Assembly (NCBI GenBank): GCA_014729395.1
Contig: WJJZ01000002.1
Location: 64,673 to 128,672, forward strand
Origin: Candidatus Magasanikiibacteriota bacterium
GTDB taxonomy: Bacteria > Patescibacteriota > Patescibacteriia > Magasanikbacterales > UBA922
Direction of reading: 5' to 3'
Length of the DNA stretch: 64,000 nucleotides
Positions 10,806 to 20,270 of this stretch are shown in pieces. Made by a program: the position numbers and the translations under genes. The first letter of the stretch is position 1; each line of letters begins with the position of its first letter. The notes under the pieces are model-generated. The model saw nothing but the letters and a program-made list of their open reading frames with translations. It did not search any database and was not told the DNA's origin.

Positions 10806-11576
10806 TTATTTCTTCTCTTCTTTCATATTTGAATCATCCATTTTTGTCTCCCGATTTGCCTCCGGGGACATATTTACAGCAGCGGGAGTTTTCTTGAGTT
10901 CAATATATAAGATTGACTGAGCAGCACTGCCAAACGGTGCTATGACAAGCGCAACCGCTGAGCTGAAGAAACTTGCCAACATTACACCCATTTGTGTATC
11001 CATGATTGGACGAAATGGAAGCATTATAATAGCCTGAGCTATGAATCCAAGAAGCGCAAAAACGATTCCCGGTGCAAGTAATCTCCAAAAAACACCAAAC
11101 CATCTGCCCTGTACCATTTGTTTGCTGGCTTTTAAGGCTTCTGTACCTTTTTTATTATCTAAAATAACAATATAATATGAAAAAGCAAACCACACAGCAA
11201 ATATTATTCCGGGGATAATGAGTAGAATTAATCCTCCAAGAACCGCCAATCCGGTTAAGATGGATACTAATACGACCGGTAAAATCATTTCTGTCGCTTT
11301 TTGTAATTCCGGTTGGATGGCACCGGCTTTTTTATTCTGGTATCTGTCAACCACTGCCCTGATAAAAGCAATGGAAATCCAAATGCTTACCACTGCAGCT
11401 GCGATAGCTACCAATAAATTAATGAAAACCATAGCGCCATTATTGCCAAAAAGCGCTAAGACGCTTGTTATTGCAGCCGGGATAAAAAGTAGCCCCATGT
11501 ACTGCAAGAAAAGCTTGGCATTATCTCTATAGAGTTTTATACTCTCGGAGATAATATTACCTGCGGAAATTAACAT
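10806..11576 (-). CDS. Integral membrane protein (DUF-type), unknown function
   Basis: 256 aa with 5-6 transmembrane helices and a charged C-terminal tail. Confidence 0.4.
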   Translation of the reverse strand: MLISAGNIISESIKLYRDNAKLFLQYMGLLFIPAAITSVLALFGNNGAMVFINLLVAIAAAVVSIWISIAFIRAVVDRYQNKKAGAIQPELQKATEMILPVVLVSILTGLAVLGGLILLIIPGIIFAVWFAFSYYIVILDNKKGTEALKASKQMVQGRWFGVFWRLLAPGIVFALLGFIAQAIIMLPFRPIMDTQMGVMLASFFSSAVALVIAPFGSAAQSILYIELKKTPAAVNMSPEANRETKMDDSNMKEEKK

Positions 11577-11596
11577 ATTGTGATGTTATTTATTAA

Positions 11597-12301
11597 TTAA
11601 ATAATGCTTTGTAATAGTTCAATACCTCTTTGTTTCATTATATCAATTTTTTCATTACAATCCAAGAGATGGATTTGTGTTCCACGTTCAGTAAAGTATT
11701 TTTGATAATCAGGGCTTTTAAAAGTATGTGCTGCTTTTTCCAAAAAGTTCTTCTTCTCGAAGATAGCTAGATCTTGTTTCTCCACTCTGCCACTAAGTCT
11801 ATTTATAGCTTCGTTAGCGTTTACATCGGCAATTACAAGATGCTCAGGTGCATTATTCAAGGCATAAGTATTTCCTTCAATCGCAGCAATATCATCCATT
11901 TTCAGGTTACTGTTGGTTTGTAAGGGCTGATAGCAAATAGATGTGCTCACAGATCGATCTTGCAGAATAATTTTATTCTTTGATCTAAGAGGTAGAATTA
12001 ATCTTTTTAGCAAAACCATTCTGTCAAGGGCGTACGCATCAGCCATAGATGTTGGGGTGTAATTTTTACCATTCAGGATCATTTCTTGTCTAATGGACGC
12101 TCCGGCCCAAACAGTGGTCGGTTCGGCAGATACAACAACATCATAATCGTCCAGTTCACCTGGATTAGGGTGGCAGTGTTTTTTTTGCCAATAGTTTTTT
12201 AGGTCAAATACTTTTTTATTTTGATTAACAAAAAAATCAGCCCAAGCTTTAATGACCGTGCTTTTACCCGATCCATCAATGCCGTCTATTACAATATACA
12301 T
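11597..12301 (-). CDS. tmk: Thymidylate kinase-like deoxynucleotide kinase
   Basis: 234 aa. It has the P-loop IDGIDGSGKST, a DRSVSTSICYQ (DRY-like) motif, and a thymidylate gene context. Confidence 0.6.
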   Translation of the reverse strand: MYIVIDGIDGSGKSTVIKAWADFFVNQNKKVFDLKNYWQKKHCHPNPGELDDYDVVVSAEPTTVWAGASIRQEMILNGKNYTPTSMADAYALDRMVLLKRLILPLRSKNKIILQDRSVSTSICYQPLQTNSNLKMDDIAAIEGNTYALNNAPEHLVIADVNANEAINRLSGRVEKQDLAIFEKKNFLEKAAHTFKSPDYQKYFTERGTQIHLLDCNEKIDIMKQRGIELLQSII

Positions 12302-12305
12302 AATA

Positions 12306-12815
12306 CTATTTGTTAATTTTGTATCTTAGCTGGAGGACATTATCATCAAGTTGTCTTGTTTCCAGAAGTTTTAAGTCTAGATCGACATCAGCTTTGGCAA
12401 ATAGAGGTAGGCCTTCGCCAAAAAGTTTTGGTTCCACTGTCAGCCAGAGTTCATCAAGTAGGCCAAGTTTTAGGAAAAGTCCGTTAATGGTGGCGCCGCC
12501 ACCGATTATCACTGCTTCAAAACCTCTGTTTTTGAGTTCATCAAGTAATTCTCTTGGCTGTGAATTGGTAAATTCCAATAAATCCGGAATATTTTTGTTT
12601 GTGTCCGGTTCAAAATCCATAACAACATTAAGTCTACCCGGGAGTGGCCGGCCGATTGTTTCATAGGTGGTTAGACCCATAATAATGGCGCCGGCTTTTT
12701 TGGTTTCTGTTACAAAGATTTTTTTATCGGCTTTACTGGTCCAATCAGCGGCATGGGTTGTGTGTTTGGCAATTTTTCCGTCAACGGTAATAGCCATCAT
12801 TAGGATTGTTTTCAT
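12306..12815 (-). CDS. folA: Dihydrofolate reductase
   Basis: 169 aa. TYETIGRPLPGR closely matches the DHFR signature and IIGGGATI is the NADPH-binding glycine motif. It lies near thyA. Confidence 0.7.
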   Translation of the reverse strand: MKTILMMAITVDGKIAKHTTHAADWTSKADKKIFVTETKKAGAIIMGLTTYETIGRPLPGRLNVVMDFEPDTNKNIPDLLEFTNSQPRELLDELKNRGFEAVIIGGGATINGLFLKLGLLDELWLTVEPKLFGEGLPLFAKADVDLDLKLLETRQLDDNVLQLRYKINK

Positions 12816-12845
12816 ATCTTTATATATACAACTGTGACTTCTTTT

Positions 12846-14963
12846 TTATTTGTTTTTTTCGTTGTGTTTATCCATGTCGATTAAAATTAATGTCGCATCA
12901 TCCGGTTTGTTGAGTGAGGGGTCTGTGACAGTACGTACGAAGTCTTCAGGATTTTTGTATTTATCAAAATCCATAGGTTCACGTGTAAAATTTCTTTTAT
13001 TTGCCGTATTTCCGACTTGACCTGAACTATTATTTTCAGCTTTTGCATCCTTATCTGAAAAATCTAAGTAATTATCTGAAAAAAAATCTGTGGCTATGCA
13101 AATTTGTCTTCCCGGTTGGTATTCTATATTGTGAATATTTTCAACAAAACCTATATCAGTATTTCCGAGCTCTATGCCAAAAGCATGATCCGCTAAACTG
13201 ATTCCGGCAGTTTCATCGCCGAACCCTGTATACTCACCATTTTCATTTCTTATATAAAGTGGACTGTCTCCCATCACGACAAATTTCCACGAACCATCTG
13301 TTTGCTTTTGGACAATAGTTAGGGTGGTAAATGCCGATTCCAAATCTCTTCGGGTTGTCCATTTCCCTTCTCTCTCATTTGCATTTTTATATTCCTGAGA
13401 TTTTTTTATTTTATCCAATATAAGATACAATTTATTTCTTCCGTTACTTGTATTAAAAATTTCATCCAAAGACATATCAAGATTCACCAGCTCATGAGAA
13501 ATTTGTTTTGCCAAAACTCCGGATTTTCCATAGCTACCCATACCGTCACAGACAGCAAAGGTTTTTCGGTCCCCACTTACGGCAAAAGCGTCTTGACCGG
13601 CTTTGTGGTTACTGTGAAGTATTTTAAAACCGTATTTATTCAAATCACCAATAATTACCGGTTCATCTTTGGCTATATCTAAAGAATTCAGCTCTTTTCC
13701 TTCGATTATTTTATTCCTCCCTTCTTTTATTTGTTTGTAAGCCTCATAAATTTTATCATTGTCATCGAAATAATCATTCTTATCATCTTCAATCCATTTA
13801 TTGATCAAGCGTCTGACATCATGAGATATTTTTTTGTTAGTTGTCTCTCCTTGTGATTTAATAATTTCTTCTATTTTCACTATTTGACTGCGAATTTCGG
13901 GATCATCGTTTTCAAGAGCTTCATTATACATGTCTAAAACGGCTTCTTTGTTTTTTAGATCTTCCGGCGATCTGTCTAAGGTAGCTATTTGAGCAATTAT
14001 TTTATTCAACAGTTTGTCATCAATGTTTTCATCGTATTCGTCTCTTATGGTTTTTTTCATACTATCTTTTATGTCATCTTCTACGCTCGAAGCTGTTAGA
14101 TCTCTCATCTCTGATCCAGTCATTTCTGCGTATTCGGGTTTTTTTTCCGGTTCTTTCGGTTCGGGCTGATCGTTTTTATCTTCGGCTTCCGAGGTATCCG
14201 GCTGTGGCTCAGCATCGGTTTCTTTTTCAGATTCATCCTCTTTCGGAGTTTCTGTTTCCGGTTCAATTTTGGCGTCAGTTTTGGATGTTTCCTCGCTTTC
14301 TTCTTTTGTGGTAGACGAGGCAGAAGAAGGTTGGTCAACTTCGGTGTCAATCTCGGAACCGGTTGCTTTATCAGTAGATTCAGTCTCAGTCGGAATTGCT
14401 TCACGAACTTGATTTAACCAGTCGTCATCCAAGAATTTTTTTAGCTTTTCACTCATCTGACCTCTGTTTTTATTCACATATTCATATACACCTTTATATC
14501 CACCTAAGTGAAACTGGTCAACAACATTATCAAATTCAGCTTTATCTTTTTTCGACATTTTTCGATATGTTTTTGTCTCTTTTCTCAGACTTTCGCCTCT
14601 ACCAAATATTTTTCCGGTTGCTTTGCCGGCAACTCTTTTTATTTTGGACAAAAAGCCTTTTATATTCCTTTTATTTTGAGCTTCCAATTTGGTTACTCTA
14701 TTGTCTATATCATTGATTTTTTCATTGTGTCCGCCAACTGTCTTTTTAATTTCTTCAGTATCTTTTTTTATGGTTCCCAGCTCGTTTTCGTTATTTTCGG
14801 ACAAGAGGGTGGCCTGTTTTTCTTCTTCGTTCATTTCTTCAAGACCCTGTTCCAGCGGGCTTTGTTCGGTTTTTTCCAGGTCGGCTTTTTGTTCCGGTGA
14901 GGGTGGCGGCGGGGGCGAGACCTGTTCCGAGCCGGTATTTTTTTGTGGTACTGCTTCTGGCAT
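12846..14963 (-). CDS. Large low-complexity protein with a C-terminal PP2C-like Ser/Thr phosphatase domain
   Basis: 705 aa. The N-terminal ~430 aa are an acidic/Lys-rich region with a proline run. The C-terminus has GQDAFAV...FAVCDGMGSYG and later Asp-rich metal-binding motifs typical of PP2C/SpoIIE. Confidence 0.55.
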   Translation of the reverse strand: MPEAVPQKNTGSEQVSPPPPPSPEQKADLEKTEQSPLEQGLEEMNEEEKQATLLSENNENELGTIKKDTEEIKKTVGGHNEKINDIDNRVTKLEAQNKRNIKGFLSKIKRVAGKATGKIFGRGESLRKETKTYRKMSKKDKAEFDNVVDQFHLGGYKGVYEYVNKNRGQMSEKLKKFLDDDWLNQVREAIPTETESTDKATGSEIDTEVDQPSSASSTTKEESEETSKTDAKIEPETETPKEDESEKETDAEPQPDTSEAEDKNDQPEPKEPEKKPEYAEMTGSEMRDLTASSVEDDIKDSMKKTIRDEYDENIDDKLLNKIIAQIATLDRSPEDLKNKEAVLDMYNEALENDDPEIRSQIVKIEEIIKSQGETTNKKISHDVRRLINKWIEDDKNDYFDDNDKIYEAYKQIKEGRNKIIEGKELNSLDIAKDEPVIIGDLNKYGFKILHSNHKAGQDAFAVSGDRKTFAVCDGMGSYGKSGVLAKQISHELVNLDMSLDEIFNTSNGRNKLYLILDKIKKSQEYKNANEREGKWTTRRDLESAFTTLTIVQKQTDGSWKFVVMGDSPLYIRNENGEYTGFGDETAGISLADHAFGIELGNTDIGFVENIHNIEYQPGRQICIATDFFSDNYLDFSDKDAKAENNSSGQVGNTANKRNFTREPMDFDKYKNPEDFVRTVTDPSLNKPDDATLILIDMDKHNEKNK

Positions 14964-14973
14964 ATATTTTAAT

Positions 14974-15132
14974 TTATGACAATTTATCTAAATTACCTTT
15001 TTGTTTTAATATATCTACTTCTTTGCGAAGTTCCTCAAGTTCTTTTTTAATTTCCTTATCCCTTCGCAAGAATTTTTTGAAAGCCTCCCTGGCTTCTTTT
15101 AAATATTGATCGATTTTATTTTGGGTTGGCAT
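14974..15132 (-). CDS. 52-aa coiled-coil micro-ORF just upstream of the PP2C-like gene (below the ORF-track cutoff)
   Basis: Translated by hand as MPTQNKIDQYLKEAREAFKKFLRRDKEIKKELEELRKEVDILKQKGNLDKLS. Its stop lies 13 nt before the PP2C start codon. Confidence 0.25.
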   Translation of the reverse strand: MPTQNKIDQYLKEAREAFKKFLRRDKEIKKELEELRKEVDILKQKGNLDKLS

Positions 15133-15151
15133 ATTAATATATTAATTATTA

Positions 15152-15586
15152 TTAATAGGTTCCGGTACTTCCAAAACCTCCGCGGTTGTTTTCGTTCATT
15201 TTTTCCACTTCTTCAAAATTTACTTTTTCAATCGGGACAAAATAAGCTTGGCCGATTCTTTCGCCTTTTTTTATGTCTACCTTATCATCAGTATAATTAT
15301 ACAACATTAGTTTTATCTCGTCTTCCTCACCATGATAATCCTGATCAATTATACCGACTCCATGCGGACTTAATAGGCCTTTTTTGCGGGGTGTACTGGA
15401 GCGGGGAGTAATAGAGAGCATAAAGCCTACCGGGATTTTTATAATAAAATTTGTCGGTATAAAATCCAAAGTTTTCGGCTCTATTATCATATCAACTCGG
15501 CTGTACAGATCAAAAGCCACCGAACCATCTGTTTGGTATTGTGGCAAGGGGAGTGACTTATCTATTCTTTTGATTTGAATTTTCAT
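15152..15586 (-). CDS. dut: dUTP diphosphatase
   Basis: 144 aa. It has the GIIDQDYHGE and C-terminal GGFGSTG motifs. Confidence 0.9.
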   Translation of the reverse strand: MKIQIKRIDKSLPLPQYQTDGSVAFDLYSRVDMIIEPKTLDFIPTNFIIKIPVGFMLSITPRSSTPRKKGLLSPHGVGIIDQDYHGEEDEIKLMLYNYTDDKVDIKKGERIGQAYFVPIEKVNFEEVEKMNENNRGGFGSTGTY

Positions 15587-15592
15587 AAGTTT

Positions 15593-16465
15593 TTAAACAG
15601 CTATATCAAATTTTATACTCGGATAGCTTTGGTAATCAATTATTTTGGTCTGATCAGATGACCAATCAAAAATGGATGTAAAATTTTCAGTTCCTATTTT
15701 TGGTAAATTATATTTGGTATAGTCACGACTAATTTGTTCTTTGGCGCCCTCAATATGATTTTTGTAAATATGTGTATCCGCTAAAAAACCAACCAATTTA
15801 CCTTCGGCAAAACTACTTTCTTTTGCAAGTAGATGTAGCAGAAGTGCATAGCTTGCAATATTAAAGGGAAGACCAAGCATAGAGTCAACCGAACGCTGAT
15901 TCCAAAGGAGATTTAATTTATTGTTTATTATTGTCACTTGGAAACAATAGTGACATGGTGGTAGTGCCATTTGATCCAGCATGCAGGGATTCCATGCGGA
16001 AAGAATCATACGCCGGTCACTGGGGTTGTTTTTCAGTGTATTGACAATTTTTTTCAGCTGGTCAACACCTTGGCCGCGGTAGTCTGTCTTATAATCATCA
16101 TAGGGAGCATTGAAATGACGCCACTGAAAACCATATATGGCACCTAAATCTCTCTCTTCGGCCATTCTTTTTTTAGATTCCTCGTCATGTCCATACGGGG
16201 CTTTTTTGGGATTAGCCCATTCGTCCCAAATATGATTTTTTTTATCTTGAAGCCATTTTTTATCAGTTATTCCTTTTATAAAAAATTCCAATTCGGTTTT
16301 TACCAGCCTGAAAGGAACTTTTTTTGTGGTTAGCAGGGGGAAGCCATCGCTCATATCATGTTCAAATATCATTCCCGGTATAGCAATCGTACCGACTCCC
16401 GTTCTGTCATCTTTTTTTTCTCCTTGTTCTAAAATTGTTTTTACTATTTCAATATATTGTTTCAT
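15593..16465 (-). CDS. thyA: Thymidylate synthase (ThyA type)
   Basis: 290 aa. It has RTGVGT, FPLLTTKK and the active-site segment ALPPCHYCFQ. Confidence 0.9.
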   Translation of the reverse strand: MKQYIEIVKTILEQGEKKDDRTGVGTIAIPGMIFEHDMSDGFPLLTTKKVPFRLVKTELEFFIKGITDKKWLQDKKNHIWDEWANPKKAPYGHDEESKKRMAEERDLGAIYGFQWRHFNAPYDDYKTDYRGQGVDQLKKIVNTLKNNPSDRRMILSAWNPCMLDQMALPPCHYCFQVTIINNKLNLLWNQRSVDSMLGLPFNIASYALLLHLLAKESSFAEGKLVGFLADTHIYKNHIEGAKEQISRDYTKYNLPKIGTENFTSIFDWSSDQTKIIDYQSYPSIKFDIAV

Positions 16466-16466
16466 A

Positions 16467-17054
16467 TCATCTATATTTATTTACTAATTTATCAAGTTGG
16501 GAGTAAAGTTCTTGCAAACTGCCATTATTATCAATATTTTCATCAGCTTCAGCCATTACACCTGGAATTGTTACTTCGGTCGATCTTTGGTGGTCGGCTT
16601 GAAACTCTTCAAAGGTTTTGCTTTTATCATCCGCATTTTCTCCTCTTTTAATTATTCTTTCATATCTTTTTTCTATATCTGCATCTATCGCCACCAAGAT
16701 AAAATCCGGATTTTGACTTAGATATTCAATATCTGCCGGACGTCTGATACCATCAATTACCACGATATTATTCGGGTCTTTTTTTGCATCGCCTGCCATT
16801 GCCTTTGCCATTATGTCTTCGCCGAATTTTTCTCTGATAGCCTCGGACATTTTTATGAGATTGTCTCTGCTTTTATCCAGATAGATTCTATCCAACATAT
16901 CGCGGAGCATGGTAGAAAATCGATGCGTATTTGCAGCATATTTTTCTTTGAGATAGCTGGCCGATGTTCCTTTTCCGCTTGCCAGAGGTCCTACAAATCC
17001 CAAAATAATTTTATTGGTTGTCATATTTTTCAAATTCTTCTTCAAAATAGTCAA
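16467..17054 (-). CDS. P-loop nucleoside monophosphate kinase (adenylate/cytidylate/dNMP kinase-like)
   Basis: 195 aa. It has the GPLASGKGT P-loop and sits between thyA and the dCMP deaminase. The substrate is not resolved. Confidence 0.5.
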   Translation of the reverse strand: MTILKKNLKNMTTNKIILGFVGPLASGKGTSASYLKEKYAANTHRFSTMLRDMLDRIYLDKSRDNLIKMSEAIREKFGEDIMAKAMAGDAKKDPNNIVVIDGIRRPADIEYLSQNPDFILVAIDADIEKRYERIIKRGENADDKSKTFEEFQADHQRSTEVTIPGVMAEADENIDNNGSLQELYSQLDKLVNKYR

Positions 17055-17502
17055 GTTCTATACCGACTTTTCTAAACATAATTTCGCTTTCTTCACCGGC
17101 ATGATATTTTTTTTCACAGACCACTCTTTTTATTCCTGCGTTTATTATCATACGAGCGCAAACCGTACAGGGTGTCATTTTACAATAAAGCGTGGCATTT
17201 TTTATAGCAATACCGATTTTTGCAGCCTGAACAATAGCGTTTTGCTCAGCGTGCGTTGTTCTTACGCAGTGTTGGCTTTGGTGGCCATCTTCATGGGTAA
17301 CCGTTTTCATTTGGTGGCCGACTTCATCACAGTGTGGAAGTCCGGCAGCTGAACCTACATATCCGGTTACCAAAATTTGCTTATTTTTGGCAATTACACA
17401 GCCGGAGCGACCTCTGTCGCAAGTGGCTCTTTTGGCGACAGCGTGTGCCACCTCCATAAAATATTCGTCCCAAGTGGGTCTTTTATGTTCATTTACAGAC
17501 AT
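17011..17502 (-). CDS. Deoxycytidylate (dCMP) deaminase
   Basis: 163 aa. It has the zinc motifs HAEQNAI and PCTVCARMI of the cytidine/dCMP deaminase fold. Confidence 0.8.
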   Translation of the reverse strand: MSVNEHKRPTWDEYFMEVAHAVAKRATCDRGRSGCVIAKNKQILVTGYVGSAAGLPHCDEVGHQMKTVTHEDGHQSQHCVRTTHAEQNAIVQAAKIGIAIKNATLYCKMTPCTVCARMIINAGIKRVVCEKKYHAGEESEIMFRKVGIELDYFEEEFEKYDNQ

Positions 17503-17565
17503 AAGGTATTTTAATTATTATGTTTTATTTTACAGGACACCAGAGAGCTGGTCAAACCGTATACA

Positions 17566-17600
17566 AATTAAAAAACCGCCTATTTATGGCGGTCTTTTTT
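17566..17600 (-). terminator. Terminator downstream of rplA
   Basis: ACCGCC-TATTTATG-GGCGGT hairpin flanked by A/T runs on both sides. Confidence 0.55.
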
Positions 17601-17602
17601 AT

Positions 17603-18316
17603 TTAAATTTCAATTTTGATGCTCGGCCCCATCGAACTGGTTAGGTAAAGGGCTTTTATAAAGGTACCCTTCATTCCAATCGGTTTGGCTTTTTTTAGTG
17701 CGTCAATAAAAGTCTCTATATTCTCTTTCAGCTTTTTTTCATCAAAACTTATTTTTCCAACCATTAAATGTATGTTACCACCGTCATCATTTCTAAAAGC
17801 CATTTTTCCTTTTTTCAATTCTTCAACCATCTCGGCCACGTTTGGTCCTACAGTTCCAGTTTTCGGACTGGGCATCAGGCCTTTTGGTCCCAGAACTTTG
17901 GCAGCTACAGCCAGCTTTGGCATCATTTCAGGTGTGGCAACGGCAATATCGAACTCAATTTTACCGGTATCTTTGATTTTTTTTATATCTTCTTCACCGC
18001 AGACAAAATCCGCTCCGGCATCTTTGGCAGCACTCTCATCATTAGATCCGACAAAAGCGGCAACTTTTTTTGTTTTACCGCTGCCATGAGGTAATACAAC
18101 TGTGGTACGAATTTGTTGGTCGCCTTTTTTAGGATCAATCCCAAGACTAGCGTGAAGTTCTACAGAAGCATCAAATTTTACTGTAGATGTTTCTTTAACG
18201 AGTGCTATCGCCTCGTCTAAACTATAGGCTTTCGTAGGGTCTAATTTAGCCTTTTGCTCATTCATTCTTTTTGACATAGATATATTTTTGTGTGGTACAA
18301 GCCCTTGAGTGGTCAA
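17603..18316 (-). CDS. rplA: 50S ribosomal protein L1 (true start probably at the internal MSKRMNEQ)
   Basis: Conserved L1 core ([41 protein letters not shown]). Confidence 0.9.
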   Translation of the reverse strand: MTTQGLVPHKNISMSKRMNEQKAKLDPTKAYSLDEAIALVKETSTVKFDASVELHASLGIDPKKGDQQIRTTVVLPHGSGKTKKVAAFVGSNDESAAKDAGADFVCGEEDIKKIKDTGKIEFDIAVATPEMMPKLAVAAKVLGPKGLMPSPKTGTVGPNVAEMVEELKKGKMAFRNDDGGNIHLMVGKISFDEKKLKENIETFIDALKKAKPIGMKGTFIKALYLTSSMGPSIKIEI

Positions 18317-18363
18317 GGTCCCACTTGTTTAAAGTGCTATATTTATACTAAATTTGGAGTTTT

Positions 18364-18501
18364 TTGTCAAGGAAAGGTAGTTCACTGTTCACAGCTCCTC
18401 AAGTCTGAGCGACGAAATCGCTAGACTTCGGAGTCGAAGACCAGCAGAGGTCGATTAAATTTTGACTTTAAACAATGCCTGTTGGCTGTGAACTGAGAAC
18501 T
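18364..18501 (-). repeat. ~140-bp intergenic repeat element, copy a (inverted copy at 62619-62763), ending in an outward -35 box for rplA
   Basis: ~85% identity to 62619-62763 over ~135 bp. It has terminal inverted motifs CAGTTCnCAG / CTGTGAACnG, and on the minus strand TTGACA-17-TATAAA (-35 at 18364-18369, -10 at 18341-18346). Confidence 0.65.
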
Positions 18502-18502
18502 G

Positions 18503-19513
18503 TTATGTAACATCATTCTGTCTCTTACCACTAAGATAAGCATTTACATTATCAACGGCCGTATCAATTATACGTTTTATAGCTTCAGTACTGTTGAAAG
18601 CGCTGTGCGGGGTAACAACTGTATTGGGGTGATTGATTATTTTGTGATTGATTTCATTGTTTTTTAGTTTTTTCTTATCTTTTATTTTATTTAAGACTCT
18701 TTTTGGTGCATCTATAAGTTCTTCATCTTCAAAAACATCCAGGCCGGCTCCGTTTATCCTGTTTGTTTCCAGTGCCCAAAGAAGTGCTTTTGGCTCTATC
18801 AGCCCACCTCTCGCGGTGTTTATTATATATGAACCTTTTTTTATTTTTTTTATATTTTTAGTATTTATCATATGGTAGGTACTGGGGAAAAGGGGAACAT
18901 GCATAGAAATGATATCTGACTTTGAAAGCAAAGTGTTTAAAGTGGAGACATACTTAAAACCATGCTTTTTCTGCAAAGATTTTTTTGGAAAGGCATCATA
19001 GGCAATTACGTCCACCTCAAAACCTTTGAGCATTTTTATCAAATAAATACCAATATGCCCGGTACCAACAACACCGACAGTTTTATCTTTTAAATCAAAA
19101 CCTCTTAGGCCATGATAATCATATATGCCGTGTTTGGCGCGCTCGGCTGCAACAAAAATTCTTCTTGAAAGGGTCAAAATTAAAGCCATGGCGTGCTGAG
19201 CAACTGTATTTTCTCCATAAGTCGGAACATTGCAAACCGGAATACCTCTTTTTTTGGCTTCTTTTATATCTACATTGTCGTAACCTGTGGAGAATGTGGT
19301 TATCATTTTCAGTTCCGGTAGTTTATCCAATACCTCTTTGTTTACTTTAGAATCCACAAATACTCCCAGTATTTCTGTCTTTGGGTCAATATTTTTTTTA
19401 TTCAATGGCTCGTTGATTATTTTTACATTCAATTTTTTTGTTTTGCTTTTTAGATAGTCATTCATGTCCGGGACGAAGGTATAGAAGACCGCTTTTGGTT
19501 TATTTTTGGGCAT
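18503..19513 (-). CDS. D-isomer-specific 2-hydroxyacid dehydrogenase (NAD-binding)
   Basis: 336 aa. It has the GVVGTGHIG Rossmann motif and a conserved catalytic R/E/H pattern. It sits between rplK and rplA. Confidence 0.8.
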   Translation of the reverse strand: MPKNKPKAVFYTFVPDMNDYLKSKTKKLNVKIINEPLNKKNIDPKTEILGVFVDSKVNKEVLDKLPELKMITTFSTGYDNVDIKEAKKRGIPVCNVPTYGENTVAQHAMALILTLSRRIFVAAERAKHGIYDYHGLRGFDLKDKTVGVVGTGHIGIYLIKMLKGFEVDVIAYDAFPKKSLQKKHGFKYVSTLNTLLSKSDIISMHVPLFPSTYHMINTKNIKKIKKGSYIINTARGGLIEPKALLWALETNRINGAGLDVFEDEELIDAPKRVLNKIKDKKKLKNNEINHKIINHPNTVVTPHSAFNSTEAIKRIIDTAVDNVNAYLSGKRQNDVT

Positions 19514-19564
19514 AAAAATTTTAAATAATGATAAAAATATTGATTTATAATATATAGCTGTTTT

Positions 19565-19641
19565 GTCATTCCCGCGAAGGCGGGAATCCAGGAGAAGAAG
19601 TTTGTTGTGGTAGGCTGGATTCCCGCCTTCGCGGGAATGAC
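19565..19641. repeat. Nested palindrome: two 27-nt arms GTCATTCCCGCGAAGGCGGGAATCCAG and its exact reverse complement, separated by 23 nt
   Basis: The arms are perfect reverse complements, and each arm is itself a hairpin (TTCCCGC-GAAG-GCGGGAA). Read directly. Confidence 0.7.
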
Positions 19642-19785
19642 ACGGTTCTGCCGGGGTTTATTTTGATGAATGATACCTGGAAACTTTGATAGGTTTATTT
19701 ATTTTATATATTATAGCAAATTAATTTAGAACTTAAAAAACACCGGCCTTAGAGCCGATGTCTTTTTATTTTTTAATACGCAGTT

Positions 19786-20208
19786 TTACTCCACCTTCAC
19801 ACCCATTTGCCTGGCTGTACCTTCTATGATTTTCATGGCGGCCTCTACATCATTTGCATTCAAGTCAGGCATTTTCTTTTCTGCGATTTCTTTTACTTGG
19901 GCCTTGGTAATTTTACCAACCTTATCTTTCAAAGGATTACCCGCACCCTTTTTTATACCGGCCGCTTTTTTAATCAATGCGCTTGCCGGAGCTACCTTGG
20001 TAATAAAGTCAAATGTTCTATCTTCATAGACATTAATTACCACCGGTACCACCTCACCTTTTTTATCCTGGGTGGCATTGTTAAATTGGGTGCAAAAATC
20101 TTGGATGTTCAATCCGTGCTGACCAAGTGCAGGTCCAACCGGTGGGGCGGGGTTAGCCGCTCCTCCCATAATTTGCAGTTTGATTTGTGTCATTAATTTT
20201 TTTGCCAT
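19786..20208 (-). CDS. rplK: 50S ribosomal protein L11
   Basis: 140 aa. It has the [11 protein letters not shown] signature. Confidence 0.9.
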   Translation of the reverse strand: MAKKLMTQIKLQIMGGAANPAPPVGPALGQHGLNIQDFCTQFNNATQDKKGEVVPVVINVYEDRTFDFITKVAPASALIKKAAGIKKGAGNPLKDKVGKITKAQVKEIAEKKMPDLNANDVEAAMKIIEGTARQMGVKVE

Positions 20209-20270
20209 ATTATTTTCGTTGTTTTTATGAGGTGAGAAGCTTGTCCATAAAGGAGCACCTCGGATTATAT

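Noticed and set aside
14120-14404. 94-aa K/R/P-rich minus-strand ORF (plus several plus-strand ORFs at 14396-14979)
   Set aside because: They are alternative frames of the low-complexity region of the PP2C-like gene. Repetitive AAG/GAA-rich sequence yields open frames on both strands.
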